DNA of 64,000 nucleotides, taken from positions 4,398 to 68,397 of IMG/VR virus record IMGVR_UViG_3300024246_000005. One strand, given 5' to 3'. Shown here one piece after another: positions 1 through 7,845 of the stretch. How positions within the stretch are numbered: the first letter of the stretch is position 1; every line of letters begins with the position of its first letter. The translations under genes were made by a program, and so were the position numbers. The DNA comes from a virus (taxonomy: Duplodnaviria; Caudoviricetes). The notes under the pieces are model-generated. The model made no database searches, was not told the DNA's origin, and saw only the letters and a list, made by a program, of their open reading frames with translations.

Positions 1-1533
1 TTTCTGTATCACTGGCACCTTGCCGTCAAATTCTCGTCCAGCCAGCATCTTGAATCCGACTAGGTTCCAAAAGTCTCCGTTTTGCGTTACCAGAAACTCC
101 CCGCTCTTGCCTTTTGCCTTACTGACGTATTCAAACAGGTCACGGTCAAAAGCAGAGTACCAACGGTCTCCGCTTTCGGTTTTGATGAGCACGTTCATGT
201 ACGGCGCCGACGGCTTGCGTGCGGAGCCTTTCGTCATTTTCTCGGTGAAGTGTTGGATGGTTCCTTTTACAATAGACGGCGCAGTGCTGGCAGAGGGCAC
301 AGATCCAGCACTGGCCGTGGGTTTTGAGTTTGTCTCCTTTCGTGAGGTTGTGGGAGCAGCCGCACTTTGAGCCGCGGACGACGCGGCCTTGTTTTGTGCT
401 ACTCCCTTTCCCTGTGGGGGAACTTGTTTGGGTAGAATCTCGATCACGCGGTAATTCAACTGCTGCGCCATCGCGTGAATGGTCTGCACGTCGCCGGGGA
501 GAATGGTCCACCAGTCTCCGGTCCACTTCGCCGTGCAATACGTCTGGATGAGTTCCAGTAAATCACCAATATCGCCGCGAAGAAAGATTTGATCGCCGGT
601 CAAGTCTATCTCTATGGTGCCACGCGGGTTATTGCTTTCATGCTTGCTAGGGGTTTGGGGCGCGGCGGCGTCTATTGCCGCGTTCTGCGTCTCCGGCTGG
701 TCACTCGCCGTAGGTTTCGCAGCCTTCGCGCCCACAAGCTCTTTGTCGGCCGCTTCCACACGCGCAAGAGCGGCTTCGGCTTGCTTTGCTTTCTCGGAGC
801 CTGGTTCGTGGCCGTGCGGTATGTTCTCGTCAAACTGCTGCACTGGCTGATTGTGGCCGTTGCCAGCGGTAACGATGGCGCGGCCTGACGGTGTGAAGTC
901 TTCGGCAATCTTCTCGCACTCTTCGGGGATATAGAGACCACCCAGGTCCGGGTAGGCTTGCCGTAGCGCGAGAGCGGTAGCGCACTTTCCAATCATCCTA
1001 CGGGGCATTTTGCGCCAGAAGGGTGCCTTCGTCATGTCGCTAGGCGCGTATTCGTCCCAATAGGCTACGCCAACGGTCGGTTCGGTAACGCCACGCTTGA
1101 AAACTTTCACTCGCGCCCACTCGGGATGCCCGTTAACTATAGGACCGTACTCCGGCTCAGACACAGAACCAAAGTCCGCTTTGTGATCGCGTGCGGACAT
1201 AAACAGAAGTCCGTCAATTCCTACTTGGGGAGTCCAGACGTTCGCGCCTGTACCGCCATGCCCGTTGTCAGCGTTGCGGTCCCATCTGGAGACAAACCAG
1301 ATTTGCCGCTTGAACGGGTCCAATTTGTAGCGCCGTGCGGCGGTCAGACAATACTGTAATTCCACGTCAGTCGCGCCCTTGCAAATCGCGTTCTTGAGGA
1401 TCGTGAGCTGCTCGCCCTGAATCTCCCACGGCTTCTCAGTCGGTGCGGAGACGCGGACGACGGCGCTAGAATGGGATGTCGGACGGTTCGTCGGTTTTGA
1501 ACGGCTTACGCGTTTCTTTGTCTTCTTCGGCAT
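1..1533 (-). CDS. bet: Bet/RecT-family single-strand annealing protein with long C-terminal extension; 3' end runs off the window (>511 aa)
   Basis: Translated by hand, absent from the track. ATG at 1533 after GAGGAAG. MPKKTKKR...ICKGATDVELQYCLTAARRYKLDPFKRQIWFV...QVGIDG...FWRKMPRRMIGKCATALALRQAYP matches lambda Bet motifs. Frame is open to base 1. Confidence 0.85.
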   Translation of the reverse strand, partial: MPKKTKKRVSRSKPTNRPTSHSSAVVRVSAPTEKPWEIQGEQLTILKNAICKGATDVELQYCLTAARRYKLDPFKRQIWFVSRWDRNADNGHGGTGANVWTPQVGIDGLLFMSARDHKADFGSVSEPEYGPIVNGHPEWARVKVFKRGVTEPTVGVAYWDEYAPSDMTKAPFWRKMPRRMIGKCATALALRQAYPDLGGLYIPEECEKIAEDFTPSGRAIVTAGNGHNQPVQQFDENIPHGHEPGSEKAKQAEAALARVEAADKELVGAKAAKPTASDQPETQNAAIDAAAPQTPSKHESNNPRGTIEIDLTGDQIFLRGDIGDLLELIQTYCTAKWTGDWWTILPGDVQTIHAMAQQLNYRVIEILPKQVPPQGKGVAQNKAASSAAQSAAAPTTSRKETNSKPTASAGSVPSASTAPSIVKGTIQHFTEKMTKGSARKPSAPYMNVLIKTESGDRWYSAFDRDLFEYVSKAKGKSGEFLVTQNGDFWNLVGFKMLAGREFDGKVPVIQK

Positions 1534-1771
1534 GTTCTTCCTCGATCTTTCTGCATGGAAACTTTGGCTTGATGGTTTTCAAGAAGTGACTGCCCTTTGA
1601 CTCGGCTTGCTGGAACGCTTCCCAATCCGCCGGCGTAAAGTTGCTGTAATGGTAGACCTTCTCCGGCTGGCCTGTGGTCCGGTGCGCGAAAGCCAGTTCA
1701 AGCGTTTGCGTTGCGGGATCGTAGGCGTATCCGCACATTCCGGTTTTACTGGTTACTGGTGTTCGGTTCAT
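1466..1771 (-). CDS. KTSC-domain protein
   Basis: MNRTPVTSKTGMCGYAYDPATQTLELAF...VYHYSNFTPADWEAFQQAESKGSHFLKTIK fits the KTSC pattern. ATG at 1771 has a GAAAGGAAAG RBS; the track starts the ORF at 1882. Confidence 0.75.
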   Translation of the reverse strand: MNRTPVTSKTGMCGYAYDPATQTLELAFAHRTTGQPEKVYHYSNFTPADWEAFQQAESKGSHFLKTIKPKFPCRKIEEEHAEEDKETRKPFKTDEPSDIPF

Positions 1772-1881
1772 TGCACTTTCCTTTCTAAATGGAAACTTAC
1801 GTTCGCGTTGTTCGCGGTCTGGAATCCCTTCCCATGTGCATAAACACTGGCTCCATATACAGCCGCAAATTGCACACTTCA

Positions 1882-2661
1882 TCAGACTTTGCCGCCAAAA
1901 GCATCGCGCGCTTCACAAGTCACGCCAGGAATTTCCTTGTTGAATTGTTCGGGGTCTTTCAGTTTCTTAGCGTAACCGGCCAACTCGCTCTCATTCAGTA
2001 CTACAAATTGTGCAAGAAACTGCACGCGCTTGGTGTCGGTCTTCTTGTACGCCTTGAGCATTGCTCGAATCAATTCCTTTGGGTCTCCGATGGTGATCGG
2101 GTAATTGGTGGTCTGCCGCACGCCGGTAGTCTTTGGCAAGTTGGGCTGTACGCGAACTTCTGGCGTTGGTTCCTTCGCCAGTTCTGCGGCTTTGCGCTTA
2201 TTAATCTCTCCGGCTTTCACCTGGGCCTTTAACTCTGCGTCACGGCGCCGCTGTGCTTCTTCGTTTAGTTTGCGCTGTTCGGCTTCGGCGGCTTCTCTCT
2301 CTTTGCGGGAGTAGTCTCCCATTTTCATGTTCAGGACGCCGCGAGCCTCTTCTGCTCGGTTCTTGTTTCGATTGAATCTCTGCTGAATGAAGTCCAGAAC
2401 CTTCCGCACTTTCAGTTTGTACGGCTCCATGCACGCTTCTGATGCCGACGTGGTGTGCTTGAGTTCGGCGATCAACTTCCCAGCCTCGGCGAAAGAGTCC
2501 GCGTCTTTGACTTCCAGCGCACGCGCTTTGTTGAAAAGCGCAGTGGCTTCCGTCTCGTGCTGGTCCATCTCGGTCAGCGACTCTTGCCAGCGGTCGAGAA
2601 CGATAGGGCTTAGACTGGTCTCCACGCTTGACGGATGTACTACTATTTCCTGCGATTCCAT
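1882..2661 (-). CDS. Coiled-coil phage protein of the recombination block
   Basis: 259-aa charged helical ORF (VKDADSFAEAGKLIAELK...) directly upstream of KTSC and Bet. Confidence 0.7.
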   Translation of the reverse strand: MESQEIVVHPSSVETSLSPIVLDRWQESLTEMDQHETEATALFNKARALEVKDADSFAEAGKLIAELKHTTSASEACMEPYKLKVRKVLDFIQQRFNRNKNRAEEARGVLNMKMGDYSRKEREAAEAEQRKLNEEAQRRRDAELKAQVKAGEINKRKAAELAKEPTPEVRVQPNLPKTTGVRQTTNYPITIGDPKELIRAMLKAYKKTDTKRVQFLAQFVVLNESELAGYAKKLKDPEQFNKEIPGVTCEARDAFGGKV

Positions 2662-2675
2662 GACTGCCTCCCGAT

Positions 2676-2960
2676 TTAGTGAAACAACTTTCGCAAAATT
2701 CGCGTGTGTGATTCTATGGACCTCGTATTGTTAATGATGCTGTCGGTGGTGCTGTCCATAAATTTGACCATTTCCTCTTGAAGTCGCAAATGTGACTCGT
2801 ACAGATCATTTACTCGATGGTCCAAAGCGATGATGCGCAACTGCTGCACGATGAGTAGGAGCAAGCAAAGCAGTAATAAAACTGGCTGTCTCCATTTCAT
2901 AAAAACTCTTCCCGTAACTGGTACGTCTTGCGCTTTCCTCGCGGTCCACGCTTCGCCCAA
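2676..2960 (-). CDS. Hypothetical protein with one TM helix and a coiled coil
   Basis: Hydrophobic VLLLLCLLLLIV segment; packed co-directionally with neighbours. Confidence 0.5.
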   Translation of the reverse strand: MGEAWTARKAQDVPVTGRVFMKWRQPVLLLLCLLLLIVQQLRIIALDHRVNDLYESHLRLQEEMVKFMDSTTDSIINNTRSIESHTRILRKLFH

Positions 2961-3262
2961 CCATGAAGGATTACTTCCCCGCCGGCGGCCTTCCAGACAG
3001 CGAACTCCGGTATGCCAAGAATCTTTTCTTTATGCTTCGCAAAATCTGTGCTGCAACACTGCACCAGGGCGATCATCGGTTTGCAAATCTCGACTCCCTC
3101 GAAAACTGCCCCTCGGCACGCCAGCAAATCACCTATCCCGAAAGCGTCGATCCGTTTCCCGAAAGCCATGTTCGGGTGCTTGATGTACTTCTCTACGATA
3201 CAGACGGTCCAGCCGTTTTTCCGAAGATGCGCCAGACTTCTTTGTACTGGTTTGCTGGCCAT
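2897..3262 (-). CDS. PD-(D/E)XK-like nuclease (resolvase-like)
   Basis: SLAHLRKNGWTVCIVEK...DAFGIGDLLA...ALVQC pattern. Confidence 0.6.
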   Translation of the reverse strand: MASKPVQRSLAHLRKNGWTVCIVEKYIKHPNMAFGKRIDAFGIGDLLACRGAVFEGVEICKPMIALVQCCSTDFAKHKEKILGIPEFAVWKAAGGEVILHGWAKRGPRGKRKTYQLREEFL

Positions 3263-3263
3263 T

Positions 3264-3512
3264 TCAGGTCATCCAAAGAATTGCAGCGACAACAGCGGTA
3301 ATCAGTACAATCTTGATTAAGAAAAACCCAATAGCCTTCGCCAATTTGATATTGGCCGCACGGTTCTGCTTGCGCTCGCGTGCGTAAAACTTCCGCAAGG
3401 CTTCCTTCTCGCGCTCGTCCTCGATCTCCAAACCTTTTATGGCCACTTCCACATCTTGACGGCTGGGTGTCTGGTAGTTCACGTAAAAGCCTCCTAGCGG
3501 ATAGTGTCGCAT
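3264..3512 (-). CDS. Hypothetical protein with C-terminal TM helix
   Basis: AIGFFLIKIVLITAVVAAILWM; operon packing. Confidence 0.55.
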   Translation of the reverse strand: MRHYPLGGFYVNYQTPSRQDVEVAIKGLEIEDEREKEALRKFYARERKQNRAANIKLAKAIGFFLIKIVLITAVVAAILWMT

Positions 3513-3793
3513 TGGTGCGCTGCCTCATAAGCTCTCTGCAAATGGCGCTGCAAGCGGTCGGCAATGACGTGCTCGGTGCAGCCGCATTCGCCGTCGATCT
3601 GAACTTCTTCCACTGTGATACTGCGGTCGTGCTCGCATCCGTTCGGCCCGTGCTCGCTAATGGCGTGGAAACACTCCCCACACTCAACCTCGGGCGGTTC
3701 AAACTGCGGCATGGTCTTGTGCGCCAGTACGTCAACGGGATTCTCTCCGCGTTCTAGGGCGCCTTCCACTATGCGGTCGTATTCTTCGATCAT
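3494..3793 (-). CDS. Hypothetical Cys/His-containing protein
   Basis: CGECFH...CEH...CGC; overlaps its neighbours in the operon. Confidence 0.5.
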   Translation of the reverse strand: MIEEYDRIVEGALERGENPVDVLAHKTMPQFEPPEVECGECFHAISEHGPNGCEHDRSITVEEVQIDGECGCTEHVIADRLQRHLQRAYEAAHQCDTIR

Positions 3794-3984
3794 GACGATG
3801 CCCCCGTTTTCAAAAATTCATCAATGGTGATTTCCTTCACCGCGAACACGCCAGAGTACCCAAACTTCTCGCGCGCTTCCTCTTCGGTCTCGGCGGCAAC
3901 ATACGTTACCCCTACCTTCCCGCTGGTAGCTGTGAATTTCGGGAAGCTCTCGTTAAAAGTGTGAGCTACTGCGAATATCTTCAC
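3790..3984 (-). CDS. Hypothetical protein
   Basis: GTG start at 3984 overlaps the upstream stop (GTGA); MKIFAVAHTFNESF... Confidence 0.5.
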   Translation of the reverse strand: MKIFAVAHTFNESFPKFTATSGKVGVTYVAAETEEEAREKFGYSGVFAVKEITIDEFLKTGASS

Positions 3985-4280
3985 GACGCTATCTCCAATC
4001 GCCGGCGAATGTCTGGCAACGCATACCATTCGCGGCAAATCCGCGCGTAGGTCGTGCAGGCTTCGCAATACGCTTCTTCCTGCAATTTCAACTCAATACA
4101 GTCTGTCCCAACATCTTCTGCGGCGCACTGTTCCGGTACACCTGCTGGCCAATTAGCGGTAAGGAAGTCGGCAAACTGTTCTCCGTTGCGTGGTCGGTGC
4201 GCGCGGAGTTGGGCTATCGTGTCCTCTGCTGGCAGGTTCGTGCTGGTGAGTACTTCCGGTTCGATCTGTTCTTGATTCAT
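3981..4280 (-). CDS. Hypothetical protein
   Basis: 99-aa ORF with ATGA overlap to the upstream gene and a GGAGG RBS. Confidence 0.55.
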   Translation of the reverse strand: MNQEQIEPEVLTSTNLPAEDTIAQLRAHRPRNGEQFADFLTANWPAGVPEQCAAEDVGTDCIELKLQEEAYCEACTTYARICREWYALPDIRRRLEIAS

Positions 4281-4561
4281 ATGCGGACAACCTCCAATCG
4301 GAAACTATCGGGACATACGAGCGTTACCACTCCGGCGTTAAACTCGATCGTGCATCGGCAGTCGGCGGCCAACTCTTTGATCTTGCTGATGATGCGTTCC
4401 AATTTGCGGTCCTCTGCGAAAGTGCGCGGGTACTGGTTCGTTAAACGGTACACCGTCGAGCTGTATCGCATAAACCGCTGCGCTGCACTGTAATCAGTCG
4501 CCGGAGCGCGCCGGATTAGTTCGGCCAAAAACTTCTCTCGGTTGGAATGGGTAGCGGTCAT
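4277..4561 (-). CDS. Hypothetical protein
   Basis: 94-aa ORF near the start of the leftward operon. Confidence 0.55.
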   Translation of the reverse strand: MTATHSNREKFLAELIRRAPATDYSAAQRFMRYSSTVYRLTNQYPRTFAEDRKLERIISKIKELAADCRCTIEFNAGVVTLVCPDSFRLEVVRI

Positions 4562-4566
4562 GGGTT

Positions 4567-4692
4567 TTAACGCGAGTATTTGTTAACCGTGAATCGCACA
4601 GCTACGACAAACCCGACGAAAAACACCATCAAAAAAGCATCGGAAACAAAGGCTTGGTACACCGTTGCGGCTGCGTTGGAAAGTTCATTCAT
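4567..4692 (-). CDS. Small membrane protein (41 aa), first gene of the leftward operon
   Basis: Translated by hand: MNELSNAAATVYQAFVSDAFLMVFFVGFVVAVRFTVNKYSR; GGAG RBS upstream. Confidence 0.5.
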   Translation of the reverse strand: MNELSNAAATVYQAFVSDAFLMVFFVGFVVAVRFTVNKYSR

Positions 4693-4742
4693 TGGTTGGC
4701 TCCGTTTATCGTCTGACCGACGTATTGCTTACTTGCAAAGCG

Positions 4743-4816
4743 AATATCGCATTTCCACAAATACTTGTCAAGAGAAATCTACAGGTCTTGACAAAATAAT
4801 TATGGTGGGGTACAAA
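4743..4816. promoter_or_regulatory. Back-to-back divergent sigma70-type promoters within a 9-bp inverted repeat
   Basis: TTGACA at 4788-4793 (+), 17 nt, then TACAAA. TTGACA at 4771-4766 (-), 17 nt, then GATATT. Inverted repeat TTGTCAAGA (4765-4773) / TCTTGACAA (4786-4794). Sits at the strand switch. Confidence 0.65.
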
Positions 4817-4821
4817 GCCAC

Positions 4822-5007
4822 ATGGCCAAAGCAGGTAGACCACGTAAAGAAAAGACCAAAGTACTATACATTCGGCTCTCGGAAACAATAGCCAAAGCTC
4901 TTCAAAAGAAGGCCCAGAACGAACGGCGCGGCCTCTCCGATACAATCTCCATAATTCTCGAAGGTAAATCCACTCTGTATCCACCGGCCACCGATGCCAG
5001 ACTTTAA
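4822..5007 (+). CDS. Ribbon-helix-helix (Arc/CopG-like) regulator
   Basis: MAKAGRPRKEKTKVLYIRLSETIAKALQKKAQNERRGLSDTISIIL. Confidence 0.65.
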   Translation: MAKAGRPRKEKTKVLYIRLSETIAKALQKKAQNERRGLSDTISIILEGKSTLYPPATDARL

Positions 5008-5443
5008 GAAGAACGCGCGGGTGCGATTAAAATACGCCGTTGATACCGGCAAGCTAAAGCGCCTTCCTTGCGAAGTTTGTGGCGAGGTCAAGTCGGAAGG
5101 GCATCACGAAGATTACACACTTCCTTTGGAAGTCCGCTGGCTCTGTAAAAAGCACCACGTAGCCGAACACCGTAAACATCTAAAGTCTAAGTGCCAACCG
5201 TTGCTTCGCAGGAAAACCTTTACTGAAGCAGAGTTGCCACTATTCATCTTGGCGCTGTCTGAGAAGTGTGGGTCGCAAAAAGACTTCGCTGAAGAAATGC
5301 GGATTTCACCGTCAATGCTGAGCGACATGATCTCGGGACGCCGAAACGCTTCCGACAAATTCTTGGCGAAAATCGGACTAGAGCGCGTGGTGACTTACAG
5401 ATACATAGTCAACTCGCTTCCTTTGCCCGTTTCAGCGGTCTAG
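4994..5443 (+). CDS. HNH-like zinc domain fused to an XRE/Cro HTH
   Basis: CEVCG...GHHEDYTLPLEVRWLCKKHH followed by SQKDFAEEMRISPSMLSDMISGRR. Confidence 0.65.
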   Translation: MPDFKKNARVRLKYAVDTGKLKRLPCEVCGEVKSEGHHEDYTLPLEVRWLCKKHHVAEHRKHLKSKCQPLLRRKTFTEAELPLFILALSEKCGSQKDFAEEMRISPSMLSDMISGRRNASDKFLAKIGLERVVTYRYIVNSLPLPVSAV

Positions 5444-5461
5444 TGGTACGATTCCTTCATC

Positions 5462-6046
5462 ATGGGTCGGAAGTCTCATCACAAAGCGCGTGCCAGAATA
5501 GAATCCTTTGCCCGTCAGTATGTCATTCTTGATTGCAACGGAACTGAGGCTGCCATTGCCTGCGGTCTCTCTCGAAAGACAGCGGCTTTTCAGGCATCAC
5601 GGCTGTTAAAGAATGCTCAAGTAAAGGCGGAAATTACCCGCATTTTGGCCGAGAGTAGAAAAAAGTTGGATTTTACGGTGGAACGCACGCTGAAACAGCT
5701 CACGCGGCACGCTTTTGCAGACCCGCGGCAAGCGTTTGACGCGAACGGGAAGTTAAAGAATATCTCGGAGATGGGCGCCGATATTGCTGCTTGCATCCAT
5801 TCTTATGATGCGAAAACTGGCTCGGTTCGCTTCACGAATCCTCAGCAGGCGTTAGAGATGCTGGCCAGGTATCACAAGTTTTTTGCTGATGACCGCACAC
5901 CAACAGATATGGGAGTCAAGATTATCGTACTCGATTCCCCGCGGCCGCCGCGACTGGTTGGAGCTGGTGCTGCCCAACTGCCGCCGATCCAACATACCAA
6001 TGGCAACGGGCATAAGAACGGCCACAAGACCCCTAAAGACGAATAG
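5462..6046 (+). CDS. terS: Terminase small subunit
   Basis: FARQYVILDCNGTEAAIACGLSRKTAAFQASRLLKNAQVKAEI is the Terminase_2-type HTH; lies upstream of TerL. Confidence 0.85.
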   Translation: MGRKSHHKARARIESFARQYVILDCNGTEAAIACGLSRKTAAFQASRLLKNAQVKAEITRILAESRKKLDFTVERTLKQLTRHAFADPRQAFDANGKLKNISEMGADIAACIHSYDAKTGSVRFTNPQQALEMLARYHKFFADDRTPTDMGVKIIVLDSPRPPRLVGAGAAQLPPIQHTNGNGHKNGHKTPKDE

Positions 6047-6082
6047 TTGCGTATCAGTACGTACTCATGCTACTGTGTGCGC

Positions 6083-6538
6083 GTGCCAAAGATAGCTGTC
6101 ACATTTAGCGAGGATGAGCTGGCGCAGGTACGCCGCGATGCGGGGCTGGTCCCGCTGAGTGCTTGGATTCGGAACTGCACCATAAAAACCCAGCCGGAGA
6201 GTGAGCAGTCAAATGGAAGTACGGCTAATCAAAACGTGTCACGGGTTGCAGGAAGTTCGATTCCTGGACGGCGCGCTTCTGTCTCCGGGAATGACTCCAT
6301 ACGAAGTAAGCGAAGCTCGCTATTGGGCAAGAGGCGAGCGGTGGCTGACGGAATCATTGGCGCAACTACGGAAACTGATAAACCGCCGGACGGATCACTT
6401 GGACCTGAAACACTGGGGACGGTCCACACAGCAACCAGCAACCGATTAACCTGCCTCTGTAATACCTGCTCGACCTGGCGCAAGAACAACGCTATCCCGC
6501 TCGGTGGACTGCCGAAGAAAGAGAAGGCCAAACGGTGA
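6083..6538 (+). CDS. Hypothetical protein with RHH-like N-terminus and C-terminal CxCxxC
   Basis: GTG at 6083, 6 nt after a TACTGT -10 box; MPKIAVTFSEDELAQVRRDAGLVPLSAWIR. Confidence 0.5.
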   Translation: MPKIAVTFSEDELAQVRRDAGLVPLSAWIRNCTIKTQPESEQSNGSTANQNVSRVAGSSIPGRRASVSGNDSIRSKRSSLLGKRRAVADGIIGATTETDKPPDGSLGPETLGTVHTATSNRLTCLCNTCSTWRKNNAIPLGGLPKKEKAKR

Positions 6539-6786
6539 GTTTAAGAATGCGTAAGGTTGGGCTGGATGCGCTAAAAGGCAGGGAAGCCACAAATGCGATT
6601 AAGGCCATCGCAGCGGACACCAGATTCTCCGATTCGCGTGGCGCGGCAATGATGTATTTGACGATGGTCGCCTGCTCAAATAAAAACGGCATGATATTGT
6701 CCAACGAGTACGAACTTTCAGAATTTATGACTGTGCATTGGAAAGAATTGGAAAGAATGCTCGATGAGGTTTTGACGCGTGAGTGA
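6535..6786 (+). CDS. Hypothetical protein
   Basis: GTGA overlap with upstream gene; 83 aa. Confidence 0.5.
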   Translation: MSLRMRKVGLDALKGREATNAIKAIAADTRFSDSRGAAMMYLTMVACSNKNGMILSNEYELSEFMTVHWKELERMLDEVLTRE

Positions 6787-7021
6787 CCTAGACTTCGATC
6801 AACTAATCCACACAGCAGAAGGCAGACTGGTGATAGAAGTCCTGCAACAGCGCCGGCTGCCGCTGATGATCGCAATTCAAGATAAAGGGGAAGTCACGTT
6901 CTGGTATCCACCTACCGCGGTGCTGGCCGAAATGGAAAAGGATTCAGAGCGTTTGCTCGAATGGGTGCGGCTGCTCGAAGAACACGCGCGGCTGTTGCAG
7001 AATATGGCTCCGAAGCAATGA
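6779..7021 (+). CDS. Hypothetical protein
   Basis: 80-aa ORF overlapping its neighbours. Confidence 0.55.
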   Translation: MSDLDFDQLIHTAEGRLVIEVLQQRRLPLMIAIQDKGEVTFWYPPTAVLAEMEKDSERLLEWVRLLEEHARLLQNMAPKQ

Positions 7022-7116
7022 GAGAACGAAAGCGGCGAGACTTCCGTATCGTGCTGCCCGTCGCTTTACTTGCGGCCATTGGGGTTGTGTTGTTCCTGTG
7101 GGCCGCGCTGCCGTGA
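7018..7116 (+). CDS. Small membrane peptide (32 aa)
   Basis: MRERKRRDFRIVLPVALLAAIGVVLFLWAALP; ATGA and GTGA overlaps on both sides. Confidence 0.5.
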   Translation: MRERKRRDFRIVLPVALLAAIGVVLFLWAALP

Positions 7117-7736
7117 GAATCATGCGCTCCAAGTCCGGCGAGAAGCTCTACCGCAATATGACGGTGCGCGTAATCATGCCCGGACAGAAGGACGTAACCT
7201 GGCGCGCTCGGGCTAAACCTGGAACGGGTTACGGTTCAGAACAGTTAGACGAAATGCTTGAGCACGCGGTTAAGCGCGCCGATCAAATGTTCCCGTCTGT
7301 CGAGTTTCGGTTAGTCGAGTTGGCTCCGAATGATTTCAAATTCATTTACGAGGGGAGAAAAGGTATGCCAGAAAAGATTGCGAATCCGTGCGGGTTGTCG
7401 GCACAGAGTGCAGCTATCTCGGAGAAAGTCTGCTCTGTATCCGGCCACACAATCGGTGTGTATCAGGACGGGATTCAAATCACGTCACAGGGAGCCATTC
7501 CGAAGGCGATCAAGTTCTGTTCCAAGTGTGGCTTCGGGCTGAGTGAGATTCGCGGGGATATGGACTTGGTATTTCAGGATGCGGTACGCCAGACAGCCGC
7601 GGCGATGCTGGAAGCGAACAAGCCAAAGAACCCCGGCGACACTGCGCAACCCGGAGTTGGCCCGATTCCCATCAGCAACGCAAAGGATGCCGGCGACCCG
7701 CCACCAGAAAAGGCTAACGCAGCGACCGCTGATTGA
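7113..7736 (+). CDS. Hypothetical protein with two CxxC motifs
   Basis: CSVSGH...CSKCG; GTG at 7113 overlaps the upstream stop. Confidence 0.55.
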   Translation: MRIMRSKSGEKLYRNMTVRVIMPGQKDVTWRARAKPGTGYGSEQLDEMLEHAVKRADQMFPSVEFRLVELAPNDFKFIYEGRKGMPEKIANPCGLSAQSAAISEKVCSVSGHTIGVYQDGIQITSQGAIPKAIKFCSKCGFGLSEIRGDMDLVFQDAVRQTAAAMLEANKPKNPGDTAQPGVGPIPISNAKDAGDPPPEKANAATAD

Positions 7737-7774
7737 CGTACACTACTTTTCGATACGCGGTAAGGCATGGCGTG

Positions 7775-7826
7775 CGGGAGATAGCTTTCCAGGACTGATC
7801 CTCCGAGGGGCTGTCTCCCGTTTTTT
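7775..7826 (+). terminator. Rho-independent terminator-like hairpin with a large loop
   Basis: CGGGAGATAGC (7775-7785) pairs with GCTGTCTCCCG (7810-7820), followed by T6. Confidence 0.6.
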
Positions 7827-7830
7827 ATTG

Positions 7831-7845
7831 TGGTAGCATCCTTCC
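7831..7845 (+). promoter_or_regulatory. Extended -10 promoter giving a leaderless terL mRNA
   Basis: TGG-TAGCAT ends 6 nt before GTG 7846; no SD. Confidence 0.5.

Noticed and set aside
146-1359. Short track ORFs in the first 1.4 kb (146-538, 672-992, 20-370 and others)
   Set aside because: They are alternative frames of the single Bet gene at 1-1533.
6190-6275. tRNA-like segment containing GTTCGATTCC
   Set aside because: A T-loop-like sequence is present, but the acceptor and anticodon stems do not pair into a cloverleaf and it lies inside an ORF. tRNAscan-SE/ARAGORN would settle it.
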